Part shown: in pieces, positions 1 to 7,658 of the stretch
How the letters are laid out: each line of letters begins with the position of its first letter
Position numbering within the stretch: the stretch's first letter is position 1
Source: Candidatus Omnitrophota bacterium
Lineage (GTDB): Bacteria; Omnitrophota; Gorgyraeia; Zapsychrales; JANLHA01
Direction: 5' to 3'
NCBI GenBank assembly: GCA_963662715.1
Contig: OY759724.1
Coordinates: forward strand, 720,001-752,000
DNA: 32,000 nucleotides
Translations under genes and position numbers: made by a program
The notes under the pieces: generated by a model
Seen by the model: the letters and a program-made list of their open reading frames with translations, nothing else
Told to the model about the DNA's origin: nothing
Database searches by the model: none

Positions 1-3000
1 CTTCTGGTCTTCGACACATTCCTTCTTCGGATCTTCGACACATACCGCGCATTCCTCCTGTGACAGCAGACCTAAATCTTCGCATTCTTCCGGCTTGTCC
101 ACACAACCGTAACATTGTTTCCCTTCCCTGGTCTTTTGATCCTCGACACATTCCTTCTTCGGGTCTTCGGCACATACCGCGCATTCCTCCTGTGACAGCA
201 GACCTAAGTCTTCGCATTCTTCCGGCTTGTCCATACAGCTGTAGCATTGCCGGCCTTCTTTAGTCTTCTGGTCTTCGACACATTCCTTCTTCGGATCTTC
301 GACACATACCGCGCATTCCTCCTGTGACAGCAGACCTAAATCGACGCATTCTTCCGGCTTGTCCACACAACCGTAACATTGTTTCCCTTCCCTGGTCTTT
401 TGATCCTCGACACATTCCTTCTTCGGGTCTTTGGTGCAAATCGCGCACTCTTCTTCAGCCAGCAATCCAAGGTCGACGCATTCTTCCGGCTTGTCCATAC
501 AGCTGTAGCATTGCCGGCCTTCTTTAGTCCTCTGGTCTTCGACACATTCCTTCTTCGGATCTTCGACACATACCGCGCATTCCTCCTGTGACAGCAGGCC
601 TAAATCTTCGCATTCTTCCGGCTTGTCCACACAACCGTAACATTGTTTCCCTTCCCTGGTCTTTTGATCCTCGACACATTCCTTCTTCGGGTCTTCGGCA
701 CATACCGCGCATTCCTCCTGCGACAGCAGGCCTAAATCTTCGCACTCTTCCGGCTTATCCATACAGCTGTAGCATTGCCGGCCTTCTTTAGTCTTCTGGT
801 CTTCGACACATTCCTTCTTCGGATCTTCGACACATACCGCGCATTCCTCCTGTGACAGCAGACCTAAATCTTCGCATTCTTCCGGCTTGTCCACACAACC
901 GTAACATTGTTTCCCTTCCCTGGTCTTTTGATCCTCGACACATTCCTTCTTCGGGTCTTCGGCACATACCGCGCATTCCTCCTGTGACAGCAGACCTAAA
1001 TCTTCGCATTCTTCCGGCTTGTCCATACAGCTGTAGCATTGCCGGCCTTCTTTAGTCCTCTGGTCTTCGACACATTCCTTCTTCGGATCTTCGACACATA
1101 CCGCGCATTCCTCCTGTGACAGCAGACCTAAATCGACGCATTCTTCCGGCTTGTCCACACAACCGTAACATTGTTTCCCTTCCCTGGTCTTTTGATCCTC
1201 GACACATTCCTTCTTCGGGTCTTTGGTGCAAATCGCGCACTCTTCTTCAGCCAGCAATCCAAGGTCGACGCATTCTTCCGGTTTGTCCATACAGCTGTAG
1301 CATTGCCGGCCTTCTTTAGTCCTCTGGTCTTCGACACATTCCTTCTTCGGGTCTTTGGTGCAAATCGCGCACTCTTCTTCAGCCAGCAATCCAAGGTCGA
1401 CGCATTCTTCCGGTTTGTCCATACAGCTGTAGCATTGCCGGCCTTCTTTAGTCCTCTGGTCTTCGACACATTCCTTCTTCGGATCTTCGACACATACCGC
1501 GCATTCCTCCTGTGACAGCAGACCTAAATCTTCGCATTCTTCCGGCTTGTCCACACAACCGTAACATTGTTTCCCTTCCCTGGTCTTTTGATCCTCGACA
1601 CATTCCTTCTTCGGGTCTTCGGCACATACCGCGCATTCCTCCTGCGACAGCAGGCCTAAATCTTCGCACTCTTCCGGCTTATCCATACAGCTGTAGCATT
1701 GCCGGCCTTCTTTAGTTTTCTGATCCTCGACACATTCCTTCTTCGGATCTTCGACACATACCGCGCATTCCTCCTGCGACAGCAGACCTAAATCTTCGCA
1801 TTCTTCCGGTTTATCCATACAGCTGTAGCATTGCCGGCCTTCCCTGGTCTTCTGATCTTCGACACATTCCTTCCTCGGGTCTTCGACACATACCGCGCAT
1901 TCCTCCTGTGACAGCAGACCTAAGTCTTCGCATGCTTCCGGCTTGTCCATACAGCTGTAGCATTGCCGGCCTTCTTTGGTCTTCTGATCTTCGACACATT
2001 CTTTCTTCGGGTCTTCGACACATACCGCGCATTCCTCCTGTGACAGCAGACCTAAATCTTCGCATGCTTCCGGCTTATCCACACAGCTGTAGCATTGCCG
2101 GCCTTCTTTGGTCTTCTGATCTTCGACACATTCTTTCTTCGGGTCTTCGACACAAATCGCGCACTCTTCTTCAGCCAGCAATCCAAGGTCGACGCATGCT
2201 TCCGGTTTATCCACACAGCTGTAGCATTGCCGGCCTTCTTTAGTCTTCTGATCTTCGATACATTCCTTCTTCGGGTCTTCGACACATACCGCGCATTCCT
2301 CCTGTGACAGCAGACCTAAATCTTCGCATGCTTCCGGCTTATCCACACAGCTGTAGCATTGCCGGCCTTCTTTGGTCTTCTGATCTTCGACACATTCTTT
2401 CTTCGGGTCTTCGACACATACCGCGCATTCCTCCTGTGACAGCAGACCTAAATCTTCGCATGCTTCCGGTTTATCCACACAGCTGTAGCATTGCCGGCCT
2501 TCTTTAGTCTTCTGATCTTCGATACATTCCTTCTTCGGGTCTTCGACACATACCGCGCATTCCTCCTGCGACAGCAGGCCTAAATCAATACATTCTTCCG
2601 ATTTATCCATACAGTTGTAGCATTGCCGGCCTTCCTTGGTCTTCTGATCCTCGACACATTCCTTCTTCGGGTCTTTGACACATACCGCGCATTCCTCCTG
2701 TGACAGCAGACCTAAATCGACGCATTCTTCCGGTTTATCCATACAGCTGTAGCATTGCCGGCCTTCTTTAGTTTTCTGATCCTCGACACATTCTTTCTTC
2801 GGGTCTTCAGCACATACCGCGCATTCCTCCTGTGACAGCAGGCCTAAATCTTCGCATGCTTCCGGTTTGTCCATACAGCTGTAGCATTGCCGGCCTTCTT
2901 TGGTCTTCTGATCTTCGACACATTCTTTCTTCGGGTCTTCAGCACATACCGCGCATTCCTCCTGTGACAGCAGGCCTAAATCTTCGCATGCTTCCGGCTT

Positions 3001-4260
3001 GTCCATACAGCTGTAGCATTGCTGACCTTCTCTGGTCTTTTGATCTTCGACACATTCCTTCTTCGGGTCTTCGACACATACCGCGCATTCCTCCTGCGAC
3101 AGCAGGCCTAAATCAATACATTCTTCCGGCTTGTCCACACAGCCGTAGCATTGCCGGCCTTCTTTGGTCTTCTGATCCTCGACACATTCTTTCTTCGGGT
3201 CTTTGGTGCAAATCGCGCACTCTTCTTCAGCCAGCAATCCAAGGTCATCGCATTCTTCCGGTTTGTCCATACAGCTGTAGCATTGCCGGCCTTCTTTAGT
3301 CTTCTGATCTTCGATACATTCCTTCTTCGGGTCTTCGACACATACCGCGCATTCCTCCTGCGACAGCAGGCCTAAATCAATACATTCTTCCGGTTTGTCC
3401 ATACAGCTGTAGCATTGCCGGCCTTCCTTGGTCTTTTGATCTTCGACACATTCTTTCTTCGGGTCTTCGACACATACCGCGCATTCCTCCTGTGACAGCA
3501 GGCCTAAATCGTCGCACTCTTCCGGCTTATCCATACAGCTGTAGCATTGCCGGCCTTCTTTAGTCTTCTGATCCTCGACACATTCTTTCTTCGGGTCTTC
3601 GACACATACCACGCATTCCTCCTGCGACAGCAGGCCTAAATCAATACATTCTTCCGATTTATCCATACAGCTGTAGCATTGCTGTCCTTCTTTAGTCTTC
3701 TGATCCTCGACACATTTCTTCCTCGGATCTTCAGTGCAAATCGCGCACTCTTCTTCAGCCAATAATCCAAGGTCGACGCATTCTTCCGGTTTATCCACAC
3801 AGCTGTAGCATTGCTGTCCTTCTCTGGTCTTCTGATCCTCGACACATTTCTTCCTCGGATCTTCAGTGCAAATCGCGCACTCTTCTTCAGCCAATAATCC
3901 AAGGTCGACGCATTCTTCCGGTTTATCCATACAGTTGTAGCATTGCTGTCCTTCTCTGGTCTTCTGATCCTCGACACATTTCTTCCTCGGATCTTCAGTG
4001 CAAATCGCGCACTCTTCTTCAGCCAATAATCCAAGGTCGACGCATTCTTCCGGTTTATCCATACAGCTGTAGCATTGCTGTCCTTCTCTGGTCTTCTGAT
4101 CCTCGACACATTTCTTCCTCGGATCTTCAGTGCAAATCGCGCACTCTTCTTCAGCCAATAATCCAAGGTCGACGCATTCTTCCGGTTTATCCATACAGCT
4201 GTAGCATTGCTGTCCTTCCTTGGTCTTCTGATCCTCGACACATTTCTTCCTGCGATCTTT
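1..4260. repeat. Tandem array of about 32 near-identical 132-bp units, coding and in frame, with higher-order periodicity. Six more diverged units continue to about 4975.
   Basis: The anchor string cataccgcgc (A-type unit) or gcaaatcgcgc (B-type unit) recurs at exactly 132-bp steps: 41, 173, 305, 437(B), 569, 701, 833, 965, 1097, 1229(B), 1361(B), 1493 ... 3737(B), 3869(B), 4001(B), 4133(B). Block 1..528 recurs almost identically at 793..1320, a 792-bp (6-unit) higher-order repeat. Off-frame track ORFs 60..263 and 852..1055 differ by one residue. Units with anchors at 4265 to 4925 keep the protein motif but are diverged at the DNA level. Confidence 0.95.
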
Positions 4261-5208
4261 CTCGCATCTTCTGCATTCTGACTCAGATATTAAACCCAAA
4301 TCCGTGCACTCTTTAGGCTTATCCACACAGCTGAAGCATTGCTTGCCTTCTTTGGTCTGCTGAGCTTCAACACATTCCTTCTTCGGATCCCTGCCACACT
4401 TTTTGCATTCTGCTTTTGACATCAATCCCAAATCTGCACATTCTTCCGGTTTATCAATGCAAAGATAACATTGAGTACCCTCTTTCGTTTTTTTGCTAAG
4501 AACACATTCCTTTTTCGGGTTAGTTTCACAAAGATCACATTCCTGCACATCCAGCAATCCCAAATCCGGACATTTTTCTATCCGATTGACGCATTCAAAA
4601 CAAGATAATCCCACTCCAATATCTTTAGAAAATTTACACTCTTTACCGGGGTTAATCTCGCAACCTTCCTGACACTCGCCCCAAGCTAAAAGGTCAAAAT
4701 CCGAGCATTTTTCATGACTCTCTTTACACTCAAAGCATTGCCGGCCCTGCTTAGTTCTCTTTGAACGCACGCATTCCGCCCCCGGGATCTCTGCGCAAAG
4801 CTGACACTCTTCTCTATTAAGCAATCCGATATCGTTACATTGCTGAAGTTTCTCCGTACACTCATAACACTGCAGGCCTTCATTAGTACGGCGGGAGCGC
4901 CGGCATTCCGCATTAGGAATTTCATCGCACAGGGAACACTCCTCCTCGGTAATGAGGCCTATCTCACTGCACAACTGCGGCAATAATTCTGTAGTGATCG
5001 GGATGTCCTTATCTGGGGTATGGAAGGTTGCTCCTTTCTTAGGATTCGGAAAGGGCAGAGTTTGACGCTTCTTTTTTATCTCCTCCCAAAATTTCTTTAG
5101 ATCAAAAGCCTCTGCCGGACGGACTAAGGGAGAAGCAAAAAATGAACCGCAGATTATTCCAAGAACACATAGTACAATCCGTAAATCATTTTTACGTCTA
5201 ATTGTCAT
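1..5208 (-). CDS. Giant secreted, acidic, cysteine-rich tandem-repeat protein (N-terminal 1736 codons; the frame is open to the left window edge, so the 3' end is outside the window)
   Basis: Absent from the supplied ORF track because there is no stop codon inside the window. Hand translation of the minus strand from ATG 5208..5206 gives MTIRRKNDLRIVLCVLGIICGSFFASPLVRPAEA/FDLKKFWEEIKKKRQ..., a Sec-type signal peptide with an AxA site. About 38 in-frame 44-aa units follow, with consensus T-[KR]-E-G-x-Q-C-Y-x-C-x-D-K-P-E-E-C-x-D-L-G-L-L-x-x-E-E-C-A-x-C-x-E-D-P-K-K-E-C-V-E-D-Q-K. I translated 5208..4261 and 264..1 codon by codon and found no stop. Every minus-strand ORF the track lists inside 1..5208 starts at a coordinate with mod 3 = 1 or 2. 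The frame with mod 3 = 0 never produces a start-to-stop ORF, as expected if it is continuously open. The 132-bp period equals 44 codons, so every repeat copy preserves the frame. Confidence 0.85.
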   Translation of the reverse strand, partial: MTIRRKNDLRIVLCVLGIICGSFFASPLVRPAEAFDLKKFWEEIKKKRQTLPFPNPKKGATFHTPDKDIPITTELLPQLCSEIGLITEEECSLCDEIPNAECRRSRRTNEGLQCYECTEKLQQCNDIGLLNREECQLCAEIPGAECVRSKRTKQGRQCFECKESHEKCSDFDLLAWGECQEGCEINPGKECKFSKDIGVGLSCFECVNRIEKCPDLGLLDVQECDLCETNPKKECVLSKKTKEGTQCYLCIDKPEECADLGLMSKAECKKCGRDPKKECVEAQQTKEGKQCFSCVDKPKECTDLGLISESECRRCEKDRRKKCVEDQKTKEGQQCYSCMDKPEECVDLGLLAEEECAICTEDPRKKCVEDQKTREGQQCYSCMDKPEECVDLGLLAEEECAICTEDPRKKCVEDQKTREGQQCYNCMDKPEECVDLGLLAEEECAICTEDPRKKCVEDQKTREGQQCYSCVDKPEECVDLGLLAEEECAICTEDPRKKCVEDQKTKEGQQCYSCMDKSEECIDLGLLSQEECVVCVEDPKKECVEDQKTKEGRQCYSCMDKPEECDDLGLLSQEECAVCVEDPKKECVEDQKTKEGRQCYSCMDKPEECIDLGLLSQEECAVCVEDPKKECIEDQKTKEGRQCYSCMDKPEECDDLGLLAEEECAICTKDPKKECVEDQKTKEGRQCYGCVDKPEECIDLGLLSQEECAVCVEDPKKECVEDQKTREGQQCYSCMDKPEACEDLGLLSQEECAVCAEDPKKECVEDQKTKEGRQCYSCMDKPEACEDLGLLSQEECAVCAEDPKKECVEDQKTKEGRQCYSCMDKPEECVDLGLLSQEECAVCVKDPKKECVEDQKTKEGRQCYNCMDKSEECIDLGLLSQEECAVCVEDPKKECIEDQKTKEGRQCYSCVDKPEACEDLGLLSQEECAVCVEDPKKECVEDQKTKEGRQCYSCVDKPEACEDLGLLSQEECAVCVEDPKKECIEDQKTKEGRQCYSCVDKPEACVDLGLLAEEECAICVEDPKKECVEDQKTKEGRQCYSCVDKPEACEDLGLLSQEECAVCVEDPKKECVEDQKTKEGRQCYSCMDKPEACEDLGLLSQEECAVCVEDPRKECVEDQKTREGRQCYSCMDKPEECEDLGLLSQEECAVCVEDPKKECVEDQKTKEGRQCYSCMDKPEECEDLGLLSQEECAVCAEDPKKECVEDQKTREGKQCYGCVDKPEECEDLGLLSQEECAVCVEDPKKECVEDQRTKEGRQCYSCMDKPEECVDLGLLAEEECAICTKDPKKECVEDQRTKEGRQCYSCMDKPEECVDLGLLAEEECAICTKDPKKECVEDQKTREGKQCYGCVDKPEECVDLGLLSQEECAVCVEDPKKECVEDQRTKEGRQCYSCMDKPEECEDLGLLSQEECAVCAEDPKKECVEDQKTREGKQCYGCVDKPEECEDLGLLSQEECAVCVEDPKKECVEDQKTKEGRQCYSCMDKPEECEDLGLLSQEECAVCAEDPKKECVEDQKTREGKQCYGCVDKPEECEDLGLLSQEECAVCVEDPKKECVEDQRTKEGRQCYSCMDKPEECVDLGLLAEEECAICTKDPKKECVEDQKTREGKQCYGCVDKPEECVDLGLLSQEECAVCVEDPKKECVEDQKTKEGRQCYSCMDKPEECEDLGLLSQEECAVCAEDPKKECVEDQKTREGKQCYGCVDKPEECEDLGLLSQEECAVCVEDPKKECVEDQK

Positions 5209-7325
5209 TTCTTATCCGAAATATCCACCCCTTCCGGAACAACCTTTTGGGGAATGCTCATGGTTATCTGGACTTGACCGTTATCTAAAAATTGCTCTGC
5301 TTCAACAATCAACAGTTCTTCGATTTCAGTTTCATCTATATGGCAAATATCCGCTAATTCTTTCTTCGTCTGTTCAATTGTCAATTTTTTAGCCATCTCT
5401 TTTTGAATTTCCTCACTAGCATTCTGCATTTTTAATGGTTTGGAAATCCGGGTAAAGTAAATTCTTTCCTCCTGCTGAAGCGCCCCGGGATCAAAAGTAA
5501 AGACTTTGACTTCATCTACGTTATAATCAGAAACATATATTTTCCCTTCTGACCAAGACACAGAAGAAAGAGAAGGGAAATAACTACGCCCTCTGCCAAT
5601 ACTGCCGAACTGCATAATAAGCTGATTCTTGGGGGTAAATATCTTTATAGCGTGATCGCCTCGATCGGCCACATACAAGTTATCATTATCATCCAAAGCA
5701 ATATCAATGGGATCTTTAAACTTGATCATATCTTTCCTGCCGCCGACCTCTCTTAAAAACAGGCCCTCATGGTCGAAGACCTGAATACGGTTATTCTTAT
5801 AATCCAGCACATATAATTCGCCTTTGGAATTAAACGCCAAATCTTTCGGTTCAGAAAAAGTGCCCGGCTTGGGGCCGTGGACATACACCTCTTCACTCTC
5901 TTTCCCGAACGTTTTCAGATAAATTCCGTCGCTGTTGAACACCTGGATCCGGTTATTTTTTGAATCAGAGATATAAATATACCCCTCATCATCAAGGGTT
6001 ACCCCGCCTAAAGCAAGAAATTCGCTCCGGTCTTTTCCTTTCTTGCCAAATTGATAATCAAAGGAACCATCCGCCTTCAAGAATTGCACGCGGTGATTAC
6101 CCGTATCCGTGATAAGAATACGCCCGTCTTCAGCGACAAATAAGGCTTGCGGGTTTCTAAGTTTGCGGTTTTCATCTTCTGTTTTCCCGAATACGAGTTT
6201 CGTGTCGCCAATAAAGGTGATTTGAGCATAATAATCTGACAGGGCATACAATCCCCGGCCCGGGACAGCCTTCAGATCCGCGATCATTTTCCCTGTATAA
6301 ATTGAGGAATCATAATCAAGCATGGGAGGGACAAAAGGAACCGTCTTTAAAGCAGTTTTGCTGCTCCCGGTAATGTTGAAAAACTGGATCCTCCCATTCA
6401 TAGTATCTGCAATATACACCTTACCATCAAGATCACAGGAAATACTTGCCGGCCAATTAAACTGCCCCTTGCCAACCCCCTGAGACCCGAACGAAAACAG
6501 AATCTGTTCTGTCTGGTCCATCTTGACAATGCTGTTGTTCTTCCATTCAATGAGATAAATATCACCCCGGTAATCGACCGCGATACCGGCTGTTTCTGTT
6601 AAGTAGTTCGTTTCCGCATTCTTTAACGACAACTCCTCTGGATTTCCCTGATTGGGAGGATATTTCACAATCTTTCCTTCTTCCTGCGCCAAAACATAAA
6701 GATTCCGCTGTTTATCAAAAGCTAAATCATAAGGACTGAAGTTCACCCCCATGGTTTCCAAAAACACTCCTTTGGGGGTATACTTGGTAATTGCATTATT
6801 TTTTATATCTGCCACGTATATGTACCCGAGAGGATCCACGGCAACCGAACTGATTCTGCGATATTCACCCGGCTCTTTGCCTCCGTTGCCCATTTCATAC
6901 AGGAACTCACCGCTTGCTTTAAAGACCTGTAAACGGTTGTTTCCGGTGTCCGCCACAATAACATCCCCTGAAGAAGTCAAAGCAATGGATTCCGGGACAT
7001 GGAACTGTTTTAACTGGGTGCCCTGTTCTCCGAAACTCAATTTTATTTTTCCTTCGGGACCAAAAATAAAAACTTTAGCCAATTTTCTGTCCAGGACATA
7101 GATGTCACCGGTGGCCGATATGACAGTATCCACGGGTTCCGCCAGTTCGGCCACGATTTCTCCAAGGAACTCAACTTCTTCAACCGCCGACACTCGCCCT
7201 GCGGGAACGAAAATCAAAGACAACACCATAACGATCGGGAAAAACCTCCATCGACTTATTTTCTTCTGAATTTTTGTTTTCATTTGATGTATCCTTTCTT
7301 GCAATTTTTCATTTTTTCTTTTCAT
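5205..7325 (-). CDS. Secreted NHL-repeat protein: about 12 NHL blades (two six-bladed beta-propellers) plus an acidic C-terminal tail
   Basis: Track ORF 5205..7331. About 12 recurrences of the NHL signature P-x-x-[IL]-A-[LV]-D-x-x-G-x-[IL]-Y-[VI]-[AS]-D-x-x-N-x-R-[IV]-Q-[VF]-F-x-x-x-G-x-[FL], for example GDVIVADTGNNRLQVF, GYIYISDSKNNRIQVF, GELYVLDYKNNRIQVF, GRILITDTGNHRVQFL and GKVYIADTMNGRIQFF. The N-terminal hydrophobic segment FFPIVMVLSLIFVPAGRVSA/VEE looks like a signal peptide. I prefer ATG 7325..7323 as the start. AGGAGG at 7337..7332 abuts the TTG at 7331 with no spacer but lies 6 nt from that ATG. The TGA stop at 5207..5205 overlaps the ATG of the downstream giant ORF. Confidence 0.9.
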   Translation of the reverse strand: MKRKNEKLQERIHQMKTKIQKKISRWRFFPIVMVLSLIFVPAGRVSAVEEVEFLGEIVAELAEPVDTVISATGDIYVLDRKLAKVFIFGPEGKIKLSFGEQGTQLKQFHVPESIALTSSGDVIVADTGNNRLQVFKASGEFLYEMGNGGKEPGEYRRISSVAVDPLGYIYVADIKNNAITKYTPKGVFLETMGVNFSPYDLAFDKQRNLYVLAQEEGKIVKYPPNQGNPEELSLKNAETNYLTETAGIAVDYRGDIYLIEWKNNSIVKMDQTEQILFSFGSQGVGKGQFNWPASISCDLDGKVYIADTMNGRIQFFNITGSSKTALKTVPFVPPMLDYDSSIYTGKMIADLKAVPGRGLYALSDYYAQITFIGDTKLVFGKTEDENRKLRNPQALFVAEDGRILITDTGNHRVQFLKADGSFDYQFGKKGKDRSEFLALGGVTLDDEGYIYISDSKNNRIQVFNSDGIYLKTFGKESEEVYVHGPKPGTFSEPKDLAFNSKGELYVLDYKNNRIQVFDHEGLFLREVGGRKDMIKFKDPIDIALDDNDNLYVADRGDHAIKIFTPKNQLIMQFGSIGRGRSYFPSLSSVSWSEGKIYVSDYNVDEVKVFTFDPGALQQEERIYFTRISKPLKMQNASEEIQKEMAKKLTIEQTKKELADICHIDETEIEELLIVEAEQFLDNGQVQITMSIPQKVVPEGVDISDKK

Positions 7326-7340
7326 TTTCAACCTCCTAAA

Positions 7341-7375
7341 ATAAAAAATGCCTATCCCGGATAAGGTATAGGCAT
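7341..7375 (-). terminator. Hairpin plus U-tract immediately upstream of the NHL gene RBS; proposed expression platform of the proximal riboswitch
   Basis: The minus-strand RNA reads AUGCCUAU-ACCUUAUCCGGG-AUAGGCAU followed by UUUUUAUUUU, then AGGAGG. The stem is 8 bp and can be extended by CC/GG pairs inside the loop. Only a few nucleotides separate the U-tract from the Shine-Dalgarno sequence. That placement is typical of an attenuator rather than an end-of-operon terminator. Confidence 0.6.
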
Positions 7376-7385
7376 ATATTATAAT

Positions 7386-7470
7386 ATTTCGGTAACCAGG
7401 CTGTCCTTATCCCAGGACCCTATAGCTTTGCGTCCCCACCTTGCGATGGGTTTGCCCTTTTCGTCTATGT
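7386..7470 (-). promoter_or_regulatory. c-di-GMP-I (GEMM-I) riboswitch aptamer, proximal copy
   Basis: Minus-strand RNA: GACGAAAAGGGCAAACCCAUCGCAAGGUGGGGACGCAAAGCUAUAGGGUCCUGGGAUAAGGACAGCCUGGUUACCGAAAU. It aligns by eye to the Vibrio cholerae Vc2 aptamer (ACAGGGCAAACCAUUCGAAAGAGUGGGACGCAAAGCCUCCGG...GGGGUUACCGAUGG). GGGCAAACC is identical, then comes a hairpin closed by a GNRA tetraloop (CCCAUC-GCAA-GGUGGG), then GGGACGCAAAGC is identical. A second bulged hairpin follows (GGGUCC...GGAC-AG-CC), then GGUUACCGA. Confidence 0.8.
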
Positions 7471-7471
7471 C

Positions 7472-7509
7472 AAAACAACAAAACCTATCCTTTAGACAAG
7501 AATAGGCCT
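7472..7509 (-). terminator. Hairpin plus U-tract between the two aptamers; proposed expression platform of the distal riboswitch
   Basis: Minus-strand RNA: AGGCCUAUUC-UUGUCUAAA-GGAUAGGUUUUGUUGUUUU. The core stem CCUAUUC/GGAUAGG is 7 bp including one G-U pair and can be extended by wobble pairs. A U-rich tract follows. Confidence 0.5.
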
Positions 7510-7527
7510 GATCACGATCCAAAACGG

Positions 7528-7615
7528 CGTTGATTCGGGAACTGGCTATCCTTGATAAAGGACCCTGTAGCTTTGCGTCCCCACCTTGCGATGGGTTTGC
7601 CTTTTTCGTCAATCT
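7528..7615 (-). promoter_or_regulatory. c-di-GMP-I (GEMM-I) riboswitch aptamer, distal copy
   Basis: Minus-strand RNA: GAUUGACGAAAAAGGCAAACCCAUCGCAAGGUGGGGACGCAAAGCUACAGGGUCCUUUAUCAAGGAUAGCCAGUUCCCGAAUCAACG. It has the same conserved core as the proximal copy. The two copies share a 51-nt near-identical stretch, plus strand 7415..7465 versus 7560..7610, with 2 mismatches. The second hairpin shows a compatible change relative to the proximal copy: GGAU-AG-CC versus GGAC-AG-CC, a G-U pair versus a G-C pair. Confidence 0.75.
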
Positions 7616-7629
7616 ATTTTTCCAGTCCA

Positions 7630-7658
7630 AGTATATAATATTCATATTCAAAAAGCAA
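7630..7658 (-). promoter_or_regulatory. Candidate sigma70-like promoter for the riboswitch leader
   Basis: The minus strand reads TTGCTT (7658..7653), then 17 nt, then TATACT (7635..7630), about 15 nt upstream of the distal aptamer. The -35 is a weak match in an AT-rich context, so this could be chance. Confidence 0.3.

Noticed and set aside
60-4925. About 35 track ORFs of 60-200 aa on both strands inside the repeat block (for example 60..263 +, 260..448 -, 2832..3299 +, 3636..4241 -, 4686..4925 -)
   Set aside because: All are in frames other than the continuously open minus-strand frame. Their products are low-complexity Arg/Ser/Pro-rich strings that simply repeat with the 132-bp period. 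They are by-products of a stop-poor repeat, not genes.
1-4975. Possible CRISPR array or non-coding satellite
   Set aside because: The units are contiguous with no unique spacers. The period is 132 bp (44 codons) and one frame stays open across all units with a conserved Cys framework. No cas genes are present. This is coding tandem repeat DNA.
7329-7331. TTG at 7331 as the start of the NHL gene, as in the track
   Set aside because: The AGGAGG Shine-Dalgarno sequence (7337..7332) directly abuts this TTG with no spacer. ATG at 7325 has a 6-nt spacer and is the more plausible start.
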